In this document: piece after piece, positions 53,309 to 62,674 of the stretch
How positions within the stretch are numbered: position 1 is the stretch's first letter
Layout of the letters: the number at the start of each line of letters is the position of its first letter
DNA from: Thermodesulfobacteriota bacterium
GTDB lineage: Bacteria > Desulfobacterota > RBG-13-43-22
DNA length: 64,000 nucleotides
Assembly (NCBI GenBank): GCA_049520575.1
Contig: JBEKPQ010000002.1
Span: forward strand, 32,834 to 96,833
Direction: 5' to 3'
Translations under genes and position numbers: made by a program
The notes under the pieces: model-generated
What the model was told of the DNA's origin: nothing
Seen by the model: the letters and a program-made list of their open reading frames with translations, nothing else
The model's database searches: none

Positions 53309-53865
53309 TTATATAGTCTCCATTTCTCTAAAGAAGGTTCGCTGAGAAAGCATGGCATAAATAACTCGGATCAGCTTGTGGGCCACGGCAAATAAAGCCT
53401 TTTGAGGGGCCAGGCACTCTTTTTTTCTCTTAAAAAAATATGACTTGAAAAAAGGGTTTTGACTCACCACGGATGCGGCCATCAGATAGATGGCTCTTCG
53501 CAAATGACGATTGCCTCTTTTCGATATTTTACTCTGGCCGACAAACTTTCCGGATTGATGGAGCGAAGGGTCCAATCCGGTAAAAGCGATCAGCTTTTTA
53601 TAAGAGGGAAAATCTTTAACCGTCCCCATCTCAGCTAAAAAAGAAGCCGCGGTATTCGGCCCCACGCCTCTAATGGACTGGAGGATATTAAAATCCTCTA
53701 ACCGGGTCTTCCGGCATAGATCCGTAAGCAACCGAGTCATTTCATCCAATCTTTCCTGAAAATGCAGCAGAGTAACGATCTTCCCCTGGAGGATGATTTC
53801 TTTGGCCGGACTGGTGGTGGCTATCGAGCTTCGAGCCGCCCTGAGTATATCCTCTACTAGTAGTA
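53309..53865 (-). mobile_element. IS110-family transposase, 5'-truncated remnant
   Basis: SIRGVGPNTAASFLAEMG, FTGLDPSLHQSG and SKISKRGNRHLRRA; frame stays open up to the RAYT IR at 53866; RuvC-like N-terminus absent. Confidence 0.88.
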
Positions 53866-54806
53866 GGGTCAGGTCTTTTATTTTGGTATTCTGGTGGTGT
53901 ATTTATCTCTTTTCCTTTACAAGGTTGCTTATCGTCGAATAATGCATGCCCAAATAGCTGGCAATTTCAACCTGCAAATAGCCATATTTTACGAGGGCCT
54001 CAACAATCTTCTTATCCCGTTTCAATTTGTCCATTTTTATACCTTCTTGGAAAATTTGGTCAAGGGACGGTCTGTTCACATAGCGTTGGCTCTTCGGAAT
54101 CTCATGTACGTCTTTATGCTTTTTTAGGTGATCCATGAGACTGTACACAAATTCATCATCTCCCAGTATAGTCTGCCCCTTAACTTCTGTCCAGATTGCT
54201 GTTTTTCCCATTCCTCCTTGCACAAACTGCCGGTATGCCTTCTCCGCTTTGGTTCTCTTGCCACTTAATTGGCCGAGTATCCAGTCGGTTTTCAAGCAGG
54301 GACGAGGTTTTCCCCTCCCTGCCGTACCACGATAGCTAGACCACTTCCAGTCTTCCGGCCGCTCAACCATCCCGGCACGGACAGGGTTTAAGACAACATA
54401 TCGACAGACTTCAAGCAAATGATTCTCCTTCTGGATAAGGATGGCCTTGTATCTCCCCTGGAAAAGGTGACCTACCCTTCGGTATCGCTTGTTGAAAAGT
54501 TGGGTGTAGACGCCGTTTAATTGCCGCATACCTATAGAGAGATTCCCGTCTGGGGTCTCGATGAGGAGGTGATAGTGGTTGCCCATAAGGCAGTAGGCAT
54601 GGCAGAACCAGTTATATCGGTGATTGACATGCTGCAGAGTATCTAGGAAAATCTTGCAATCTTGGTCGTCTTTAAAAACAGCTTTCTTTTCATTTCCCCG
54701 GCTGGTGATATGATAGACCGCTCCAGGATATTCTATGCGCAGAGGACGAGTCATGGATAGACCATATCATAGTCTTGTAAATATATCAAAATAAAAGACC
54801 TGACCC
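53866..54806. mobile_element. 941-bp element bounded by perfect 20-bp inverted repeats and encoding a Y1/RAYT transposase
   Basis: GGGTCAGGTCTTTTATTTTG at 53866-53885 and its reverse complement at 54787-54806. Confidence 0.85.
53903..54754 (-). CDS. REP-associated tyrosine transposase (Y1_Tnp/HUH) with C-terminal HTH
   Basis: MTRPLRIEYPGAVYHITSRGN, YCLMGNHYHLL (HUH), GHLFQGRY, YVVLNPVRAG and WKWSSY. Confidence 0.92.
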   Translation of the reverse strand: MTRPLRIEYPGAVYHITSRGNEKKAVFKDDQDCKIFLDTLQHVNHRYNWFCHAYCLMGNHYHLLIETPDGNLSIGMRQLNGVYTQLFNKRYRRVGHLFQGRYKAILIQKENHLLEVCRYVVLNPVRAGMVERPEDWKWSSYRGTAGRGKPRPCLKTDWILGQLSGKRTKAEKAYRQFVQGGMGKTAIWTEVKGQTILGDDEFVYSLMDHLKKHKDVHEIPKSQRYVNRPSLDQIFQEGIKMDKLKRDKKIVEALVKYGYLQVEIASYLGMHYSTISNLVKEKR

Positions 54807-54845
54807 CCTTTCCTCTTTATTTTGGATTAAACTTAAAGTGGTCCA

Positions 54846-55775
54846 TTATAGGGAAAATTGTGGCACCCATTCCAAAGCATACTCACGTTTGGCCATGGAG
54901 GCTTGATAAAATTCAACTCCGGGGTTTAGCTTTTTTGCCAAAAGGATTAGTCTGTTTTTCTTTTCATCAATCATTCGGGATCCAAAATAAATTGCTGATA
55001 ATTCTTTAGGATTAAAATTCAATGTTACATACTTTTTTCCATTGGGAATAAGATCCGGGATAGCTATCCGATATTCCATTTCATATGCCCAATCTAAACT
55101 CTTGGTAAAAATTATTTTTTCAATCATTGTATCTATTGGTGGTTCGTTCGTTAGGTAGCTCTGTAAAAGATCTTTTGAAGATTTATAAAATACCGGCCTT
55201 GCCTGAGAGTAGTTAATGGATTTAGATGCCAAAAAAAAAGAATCCTTCTTTATATCCGGCTGAAATTTTAGAACTACTCCTTCGTGGTGATTTCCATAAT
55301 GAGACCACATTAATGTACTATCCTTTGTTTTAGAAGAGCAGAAGATACCATAGGAATTAAAAACTTTTTGAATTTCTGTAACAATCCCCTGTGTGATTTT
55401 AATTAATCGATCCCAATCGTCCCTATTTTCAATAGGATTTTTAATAAATTCGGCAAATAACTCTTTTTTATAGTCATCGGGTAAAGGTTTTAAAAGTTGA
55501 TTTAAAATAATAATTTGGTCTTTTCGGTCTTTTAATTTGGACGTAAGATTCCGGTAATCGAAATCGTTTAAAAGAAAATTGAAAAATTCGGCAGGAAGGG
55601 ACTGCATAAATTCTTTTATTTCTAACCCAAGAATGTCCCCTATAGAAATATCAAATGGATCATTTAAAACAATTGGGGATGAAAATTTTACAGCACAATT
55701 TTCAAGGGTTTTCTCAGCTCCTTCATAATTTAAATATTTATATAACCCTTCTGTAACATCGATAAATTTTGGCAT
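54846..55775 (-). CDS. DUF2971 domain protein
   Basis: LYKY, NDPFD, IFCSS, LMWSHYGNHHEGVVL and KSLDWAYEMEYR; very AT-rich. Confidence 0.82.
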   Translation of the reverse strand: MPKFIDVTEGLYKYLNYEGAEKTLENCAVKFSSPIVLNDPFDISIGDILGLEIKEFMQSLPAEFFNFLLNDFDYRNLTSKLKDRKDQIIILNQLLKPLPDDYKKELFAEFIKNPIENRDDWDRLIKITQGIVTEIQKVFNSYGIFCSSKTKDSTLMWSHYGNHHEGVVLKFQPDIKKDSFFLASKSINYSQARPVFYKSSKDLLQSYLTNEPPIDTMIEKIIFTKSLDWAYEMEYRIAIPDLIPNGKKYVTLNFNPKELSAIYFGSRMIDEKKNRLILLAKKLNPGVEFYQASMAKREYALEWVPQFSL

Positions 55776-56061
55776 TTTAAACTCTTGCTAAACGGGAAGA
55801 CTGATTACTTTACAAATTTAGCCTTTGAATGAACCACATTATACACACTTTTGGGAATAGTGAATAGGGGGATTTCCCTTTGGAATTGGGCCGGTAAACA
55901 GGAAGGGTTCATCAACAATTAGCGTTTGTACTCTGCCATTTTTTTGAATTGGCAATTTAAACGATTTCAGGAAGTAATGACTAGTGGTCGTCTTTACATC
56001 TATTGTCAAGAAAACTCTGTCCTAGGGCAAAAAAAATTCTGCCTAAATAGCTTATTCCAGC

Positions 56062-57633
56062 TTAAGGTTGGTGTTCCGGTCTCAACAAATCAGTGATGGT
56101 CTTAACCGGACTGAAGGTCTGGATGGGCACCTCCACAAAACAGGTAATCCATTTGGCCATACCGCCGTTCCACAGCCCGGGCAATTCCAGGGCCTTAAGG
56201 TCTCGCCCATTTTGGGATTTCCGAGAAATAAAAACGGCCTCTGGATCTACATACCGGTTTAGATCAAAAGGCCGGCCTTCATAATTTCGAACAGAACAGA
56301 CCAGATCAACCGGATTGAAATGAGTGGCAGCCGCCCATCGGGCCTTTTGTTCGGCGGATTCGGGATCGAGCTGAGCCTTTTCCACAATCTGCAGGGAAAG
56401 GGATCCATCAACTCCCTCCACCCAGAATGGTCCACCACCGGGTTCTCCTTCGTTTTTAACCATGCCGCAGACCCGAATAGGTCTATTTAAAAAATTGAAC
56501 AGATGAGTGTTTTGTTCTTTAAGGGACCAATTGGCGAACCCTGGGGGTTCAGAAAACCAAAGCCGGTCTTGGCAAAAACTCATGGATTCTTTAAGAAGGT
56601 CCGGAGTATCCATTCCTTCTGCCAGTTTCCGCGTGAGGGGATGAATCATTTGCTCAATTTTAACCAGATAGCCGCCTAGAATCTTTTTCCAGACAATCGT
56701 CGTGTCTTTCAGCCGATCAGGCAGGACATTGTCGATATTTTTGATATAAATCAGATCGCCCTGGAGATCGTTCAGGTTTTGGATCAGTGCCCCGTGACCG
56801 CCAGGCCTAAAAAGAAGAGCTCCGGAATCGTCTCGAAAAGGCCTGTTGTCCAAATCTACGGCCAGAGTATCGGTGGAACGACTTTGGAATGAAAAGGTGA
56901 CCTTAAAACGGCAGTGGTATCGTCTCTCATAGGCCGGTTGCAAAGTTTCAAAAAAATCCCTAAAAATGCCTTCACATTCCGGTGAGATCGTAACATGAAA
57001 ATGACATTGCCCGGTTCGATCACAAATCGTATGAACGGCTTCAACCAGGTGTTCTTCAAAGGCCGTTCGGTTGTGGTCCGGGTAAGTATGGAATTGATGT
57101 AATCCCTTAGGTCGGTTCAGGTAATTCAAACCGCGGTCAGTGAGGAGATAGTCTAAAATCTCTCCCCATTGACTTTGTCGGATGGCCTTGGTGATGTTCA
57201 GCCCGTCTTGGACCATCGATCCTTTCAAATCTTCAAAAAAAGCAAACTGATCGATCCTCTGGATAAACCTGACCAATTCCGCGGCTTGTGGATCATTTTC
57301 GTTTAATTCCGTTTGATTTCCGTCAAGGTTAAATTTAGAGCGATTCAGAGAAAAAGATAGGATATCCTGAAACATCCGCGTCGCAGCGCCAGAAGCGGGG
57401 ACGAATTTTAAAAATCGACCCTCCCGGGCCGCTTCCTCCTGCAATGAAACCAAGACCTCTGTTTCTGATGAAGGGATCTCTTGAATCCCATCACCGATAG
57501 TGCACGGTCGGTGAAGGCAAAGATAACCGCATGTCTTTTGAAACAGGGCCATCTGTGCCCTCACCTGGCTTTCGGAAATCCCCAGCTTTGACATCAGCTG
57601 CAGATCATCCTGATTGAATGCCCAGTCCTTCAT
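56062..57633 (-). CDS. DUF4301 family protein
   Basis: KFVPASGAATRMF, FRPGGHGAL, IKNIDNV, GEPGGGPFW, THFNPVDLVC and LELPGLWNG. Confidence 0.9.
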   Translation of the reverse strand: MKDWAFNQDDLQLMSKLGISESQVRAQMALFQKTCGYLCLHRPCTIGDGIQEIPSSETEVLVSLQEEAAREGRFLKFVPASGAATRMFQDILSFSLNRSKFNLDGNQTELNENDPQAAELVRFIQRIDQFAFFEDLKGSMVQDGLNITKAIRQSQWGEILDYLLTDRGLNYLNRPKGLHQFHTYPDHNRTAFEEHLVEAVHTICDRTGQCHFHVTISPECEGIFRDFFETLQPAYERRYHCRFKVTFSFQSRSTDTLAVDLDNRPFRDDSGALLFRPGGHGALIQNLNDLQGDLIYIKNIDNVLPDRLKDTTIVWKKILGGYLVKIEQMIHPLTRKLAEGMDTPDLLKESMSFCQDRLWFSEPPGFANWSLKEQNTHLFNFLNRPIRVCGMVKNEGEPGGGPFWVEGVDGSLSLQIVEKAQLDPESAEQKARWAAATHFNPVDLVCSVRNYEGRPFDLNRYVDPEAVFISRKSQNGRDLKALELPGLWNGGMAKWITCFVEVPIQTFSPVKTITDLLRPEHQP

Positions 57634-57736
57634 GAATTTTTCTTTGCCTCATATTATTAATTAAACAGGTTTACCAAACCCTTTGATTATTTTTGAACCA
57701 TAATAGAATTTTTCTCGGGGGTCAACACCCAAACCT

Positions 57737-58501
57737 ATGGATGTTTTTCCCCTTGACTCCCATTTCACTCCCATTTTATATTCTTTCTATCGAATATTTG
57801 ACAATCGAATCATTATCACCCGAAAAGAAGGAGGGATCATGGAAACAAGCGATCTGGCAACCTTGATCAAAGGCCGCCGTTCTATTCGTTTGTGGCAAGA
57901 CAAGCCTGTCCCGGAAGAGCAACTGCTAAAAGCCATAGAACTGGCTACCTATGCTTCGAATGCAGGGAACCAGCAAAACTGGCATTTTTACCTCATCCTT
58001 AATAGAGAGGTTATCAAGACTATTGCCGATGCCGTACAAGACAGCGCCAATTATATTGCTTCTTTACCTGAGGCCGCTGGTTTCAGTGAAATAGCCATCA
58101 GGATGTTGACAGGCGCAGGATTCTTTCGTCATGCCCCTGCCGGCATTGCTGTGACCAGCAGCCAATATCAGTCGCCAGTGGACAAGATTCTGGAGGCCAG
58201 AGAAAAATCGAATCCTGAAGACAGCAAGGCCGCTCAAATCCGCCGTTGGCGTACCATCGCCAACTCACGAACTCAGTCCGCAGCCGCAGCTATCGCTTAT
58301 CTGCTTTTAATTTTACATCAAATGGGTTTAGGAGCGGTCTGGATGACCGGCCCGATGCAGGCCAAGGGGGCAATAGAAAAGGTCCTCAAGGTTCCCGCTG
58401 GCCAAGATCTTATCGCTTACATACCGGTTGGCTACCCGGCTGAAACGCCGGCCCTGAGACCCAGAAAACCAATCCAAGAGGTTTGTGAAATCCTAAGGTA
58501 A
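57737..58501 (+). CDS. Nitroreductase family protein (likely start METSD at ~57839)
   Basis: RRSIR, ASNAGNQQNWHF, GLGAVWM and IPVGYP. Confidence 0.85.
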   Translation: MDVFPLDSHFTPILYSFYRIFDNRIIITRKEGGIMETSDLATLIKGRRSIRLWQDKPVPEEQLLKAIELATYASNAGNQQNWHFYLILNREVIKTIADAVQDSANYIASLPEAAGFSEIAIRMLTGAGFFRHAPAGIAVTSSQYQSPVDKILEAREKSNPEDSKAAQIRRWRTIANSRTQSAAAAIAYLLLILHQMGLGAVWMTGPMQAKGAIEKVLKVPAGQDLIAYIPVGYPAETPALRPRKPIQEVCEILR

Positions 58502-58532
58502 GAATTATCTAAAAAAACAATAAAAGAAATAT

Positions 58533-58645
58533 CCAAGGATTCAATGGGAAGGCCTGGAAGTTAAAACCCACGCGGTTCCCCGGAGGGGAACCTTTTCTAT
58601 AGCTCGACAAAGTCGAGCGTCTGAACCCTTGAATCCTTGAATCCT
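58533..58645. repeat. GGATTC/GAATCC heptamer hairpin carrying one double-hairpin unit
   Basis: 58568-58626 is identical to 4470-4528. Confidence 0.85.
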
Positions 58646-60557
58646 ATTTTTGTTTTAAGTCGTTGTTCCCCTGACCCACCGGCCCGCCATCTCCCGGCTT
58701 GACCGAATTGGTGAAGGGGATGGTCAGGTTATAAACGCCGGAAGCAAGGGCGGTGGTCAAAGGGTAAGGGCCTTTCTTAAACACCTGGAGCATCCCTTTA
58801 TTGGAAGGCAGGACGGAAGCCGTAAATCCCTCGATCCCGTTTTTCTTAGCTGCATTAATCAGCATCTGATACAGATATGAGGCGATCCCCTTTCCCTGAT
58901 ATTCTTCATCCACAATAAAGGCCACATCGGCAAACGAACTGCTCGGCTCACGGACATATCTGGCCTCGGCCACAAGCCGGCTGTCTCCTTTCGGACCCAC
59001 CAACCCCACGATAGACACGATATTTCGGTAGTCCACGTTGACATATGACTGCATTTTGGTGTGAGGCATGGTTCGGACAGGACTGAAATAACGGTAATAG
59101 ACGTCCTCTTCGGAAAAACGATAAAACAACCTTCGCATTTGATCTTCGTCCGAGGGTCTGATGGACCGAAAGCGAAACCTTAGATTATCCTTAAAGGTAT
59201 GGGAATGTTCCAAATCCCCCGGGTAGAAATGACCGGCCTCGGTGAGATAGATCTGGTCCGAATAGATCATGTTGACCTCTTTGGCCTGCCGGACCAGTTC
59301 GGCCCGATCGTCCGGATGGGCGATGTCGATCAGGGCCAGGGCCCTTTCGCGGATGCTTATGCCCTTAAGGTAGGCAATGCCGTATTCGGTGACGATCATA
59401 TCCAGGGCCTCGCGGATATTGACCTGATTCGGATACTCATCAATCGAGATCTTGATATTCGATTGATTCCGTAAATTACGGCTGGGCAGGGCACAGATGG
59501 CCCGGCCGTTCTTGGACAGCCCCACACCGGCCAGCAATTCCAGGGCTTCACCCATACCGTAAGCCACATTGCTCATCCCCACATGCATGGCAACTTCACC
59601 GGTCAAATCCACCTTGCGGATGGGGATAATCAGGGTAAAGAAATCATGTGAGCCGATGATCTTGGGATCTCCCACAACGTCTATCCCCTGAAACTCGATC
59701 ACCGGATTTCGATCCAACCATTGCATGAGTTCGGCCGTGCCCAGGGCATAGGAGACGACACTTTTCCCCCGGTAGTAGGTCTTGTTCCGGTTGGTGACCA
59801 CACCACATTTGATAAGGTCCATGAGGGGATCGGTGATAAAAGGGGAATGTACGTTCAAATTTTTTTTATGTCTCAGATGGGGACCAAGGGCCTCAAACAG
59901 GCTGCCGGTGAAAAAAGGGAGACAACATCCGTTATCCACCAGTATCGCAACATTAGCTGCCACTTTATCCATAACAGGGTCCGTAGGCCAGCGGTCAAAG
60001 GTGATGGGCGGCAACTCGGCTTGAACCAGACAGTCGAATTCTTCTACGTTGACCAAGGTATCCCCCAGGGTTCGAGGCACCTGGGGGTTGATCTCCCCAA
60101 CCACCAGATCGGCCCTTTTCATGGCCGCCCTGGCCGCATCCACGGATACACCCAGACTGGCCCAGCCCGATTCATCCGGAGGTGTTATTTGAACAAAAGC
60201 CACCTCAATCCTTAGGGAACCGGATTCGATCAGCCCGGGGATTCGCGAGAACCGGCAGGGGATCATGTCCACTCGGCCCGAACGGACGGCCTGATCAGCC
60301 ATCCAGCCTGAGTAAAAGGTTTTCAGCCGAAATTTGGTTTGTTGCCGATCCTCCAAAAGAATGGTATCTCCCAGGCTAATGAGCTGAAGGACCTCGAGAT
60401 CTCTCAGATTGGATAAGGTCGAAGAAAGGAGATGCTTGACCAGGGTCCGGGGTTCAGCCGGCCCGGTGCCCACGAAGATGCTCATGCCCGGTTCGATTTT
60501 TTCTAGAACCTTTTCGGGAGCGAGGACCTTTTGTTGCCAGGTGTCATTCATGAGCAA
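58644..60557 (-). CDS. Acetyl-CoA hydrolase/transferase fused to a C-terminal GNAT domain
   Basis: AEPRTLV, EINPQVPRT, VTEYGIAYL.G..IRERALALIDIAHPDDR and AFIVDEEYQGKGIA. Confidence 0.9.
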   Translation of the reverse strand: MLMNDTWQQKVLAPEKVLEKIEPGMSIFVGTGPAEPRTLVKHLLSSTLSNLRDLEVLQLISLGDTILLEDRQQTKFRLKTFYSGWMADQAVRSGRVDMIPCRFSRIPGLIESGSLRIEVAFVQITPPDESGWASLGVSVDAARAAMKRADLVVGEINPQVPRTLGDTLVNVEEFDCLVQAELPPITFDRWPTDPVMDKVAANVAILVDNGCCLPFFTGSLFEALGPHLRHKKNLNVHSPFITDPLMDLIKCGVVTNRNKTYYRGKSVVSYALGTAELMQWLDRNPVIEFQGIDVVGDPKIIGSHDFFTLIIPIRKVDLTGEVAMHVGMSNVAYGMGEALELLAGVGLSKNGRAICALPSRNLRNQSNIKISIDEYPNQVNIREALDMIVTEYGIAYLKGISIRERALALIDIAHPDDRAELVRQAKEVNMIYSDQIYLTEAGHFYPGDLEHSHTFKDNLRFRFRSIRPSDEDQMRRLFYRFSEEDVYYRYFSPVRTMPHTKMQSYVNVDYRNIVSIVGLVGPKGDSRLVAEARYVREPSSSFADVAFIVDEEYQGKGIASYLYQMLINAAKKNGIEGFTASVLPSNKGMLQVFKKGPYPLTTALASGVYNLTIPFTNSVKPGDGGPVGQGNNDLKQK

Positions 60558-60558
60558 A

Positions 60559-62229
60559 TTAATGCACCCTTCGCTTTTTGCGGCTTAGATAATCCACCAG
60601 CAGATATTTGCCTAACTGGTTCGGAGCAGTGAAGAAGGCCCGGCCTTTATTGATCTTGGTTAACTCATTCACGAAGCTCACCAGGATTGGTGAACGGTCG
60701 AGCATAAAGGTATTGATGGTTGCCCCGGAGCGGGTGAAGGCGCGAACCTCTTTGAGGGTTTCCCGCACCGCGGTGGGACTGATTCCGAAGGTGGGCCATT
60801 CGATGTGCAATTGTCCGTTCATGGTAAAGGCCGTAGGTTGCCCGTCGGTGATGAGGATGACCTGTTGCCGGGCGTCCGGGTGTTGTCCGAGCAATCGGTG
60901 GGCCAAACGCAGGCCGTCCTGGATATTGGTGAACACGTCGTCTCCGAAATTACCCATGGCCTCTAAAAGCTCCTTGCGGTTAAGCCGACGCGCTTGGGTG
61001 GCGAACCCGACCATATAGAACTTGTCGCGCGGATAGCGGGTGCGGATCAAGTGTTCGAGGGCCAGGGCCACCTTTTTCGCCGCGGTGAAGCGGTCATTCT
61101 GAAACATACTGAAACTCATGTCCAGCATCAGGACGGTAGCAGTGGCGGCCTGTAACTCGTTCTTCAGGACCTCGAAGTCTTCGGCTTTAAGTCGGAGTCT
61201 GGTCTTTCCCGAGCGCAAGGCCTCCGCCTTAAGGCCGCTGCTTACCTCCCTAAATACCGCATTGGACAAAGTTCGGGGCAAATGCAGTTGGAAAGGGTCG
61301 CCGAAAACAAAAGGCCGGCTCTCGTCAGGCAGGGCTTCACCAGGCCCGCGAAAGGCCGTGCTGTGTGCCCCGAAGGCACCGCGGCCGACCAGGGCGTAAA
61401 TATCACGGAGGGCTTTTTGGGCAATGAGCCTCATGGCCTTGGGTGTGAGCACCAGCCGGCCTTGCTCCGCAGCCACGAACCCGGACTCGCGCAGGAAGTC
61501 CATGAACTGAAGGAAGGTTTGAATCGAACGACGGGCTTCTTCGCCCAGATATTGGGCCAGGTCTTCGAGGTTCATGCCCTGCAAGTCCCCGCGTTCGAGG
61601 GCCTCGATCAGCTCGTTCAAACGGCGCAGTTGTTCGGCCATCTCAGCAGCCTGATCCATACTCATGGGCTGGTTCCCCTGGAAAAAATTCTGGGCAGCCA
61701 ACTGCTGCAACTGAGACAGGGTCTGGAGAAACTCCTGAAATTCTGCCGCAGCCTCCGGGCTCAGGAAGTTGTAATTTTGAAGCTGCTTCACCGCCTCACC
61801 GAGATTCTGCGGCAGCCCGTGTAATTGCCCCTCGCGCTGGAACAACTCCTCAAGCTTTTTTCGCGCCTGTTCCGAGCCGGTGGCTGAAAGTTCCTGACTG
61901 GCTTGCTCCTCTGCCTGCTGTATGGCCTCCAGCTCCTTTTTTACGATCTGGTCGAGTTGGCGCCGCAACTCTTCACTTAAGCCTTTGGTATTGAACTGCC
62001 GGAGCATTTGTTCGCGCTGTTGGCTCAGCCGGTTGGCCAGGCGGTCCAGACCTTCGAGGCGGAAGTTCTGGAAATCGAAAGAGAGTCCCTCCCGCAGCAT
62101 CCATTCCAAGGCATAAGCGGCGTCCCCGGTCTCGAGAAACTTTTCAAGGAAGTCATTGGTCATGGCCTTGAACTCAAGGTCGATGACCTGGTTGCCGTCC
62201 CACCGGCTGTAACGATAAATCCTGGGCAT
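60559..62229 (-). CDS. VWA domain protein (actinobacterial Rv0959-like)
   Basis: YSRWDG N-terminus, MLDMSFSM MIDAS, TNIQDGL and ILITDGQPTA. Confidence 0.85.
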   Translation of the reverse strand: MPRIYRYSRWDGNQVIDLEFKAMTNDFLEKFLETGDAAYALEWMLREGLSFDFQNFRLEGLDRLANRLSQQREQMLRQFNTKGLSEELRRQLDQIVKKELEAIQQAEEQASQELSATGSEQARKKLEELFQREGQLHGLPQNLGEAVKQLQNYNFLSPEAAAEFQEFLQTLSQLQQLAAQNFFQGNQPMSMDQAAEMAEQLRRLNELIEALERGDLQGMNLEDLAQYLGEEARRSIQTFLQFMDFLRESGFVAAEQGRLVLTPKAMRLIAQKALRDIYALVGRGAFGAHSTAFRGPGEALPDESRPFVFGDPFQLHLPRTLSNAVFREVSSGLKAEALRSGKTRLRLKAEDFEVLKNELQAATATVLMLDMSFSMFQNDRFTAAKKVALALEHLIRTRYPRDKFYMVGFATQARRLNRKELLEAMGNFGDDVFTNIQDGLRLAHRLLGQHPDARQQVILITDGQPTAFTMNGQLHIEWPTFGISPTAVRETLKEVRAFTRSGATINTFMLDRSPILVSFVNELTKINKGRAFFTAPNQLGKYLLVDYLSRKKRRVH

Positions 62230-62249
62230 GGTTCGTATTCCTATTTAAA

Positions 62250-62664
62250 AGGATTCAAGGATTCCAGGGGTCAAGGATTCAAGTGAAATGCTTGGAAATA
62301 AAAACCCGGGTTCCCCGATCCGGCTTCCAGCCGATCGTTCCGCTCGGCTTTGCCGAGCTCCCTAAGAGGTTTCCATTCGGAAACCGACCCGATCTTTTGG
62401 GGAGACTCCCGAAGGGAGTTGGACAGGAAGCCTCCCTTTTAGGTCGGCGCCGGCCTCCTTGGGAGGCCTCTTCAATCAGGTCGGCGAAGCCGACCGTACG
62501 GGAACCTTTTCTATAGCTCGACGCCAGCCTCCTTGGGAGGCCTCTTCTATAGGTCGGCAAAAGCCGACCGCAAAGTCGAGCGGCCCGGCTTCCGAATGGA
62601 AGCCTCCTTTTAGGTCGGCAAAGCCGACCGGCTGAACCCTCGAATCCTTGAATCCCTGAATCCT
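62250..62664. repeat. Nested array of about 7 double-hairpin units inside a GGATTC/GAATCC heptamer hairpin
   Basis: See findings; outer unit arms match the solo copies at 4470 and 58568. Confidence 0.85.
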
Positions 62665-62674
62665 GTGTTATTTA

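Noticed and set aside
62279-62560. ORFs 62279-62560 (-) and 62283-62516 (+)
   Set aside because: They lie wholly in the GC-rich palindromic array; open frames are expected there and show no protein motifs.
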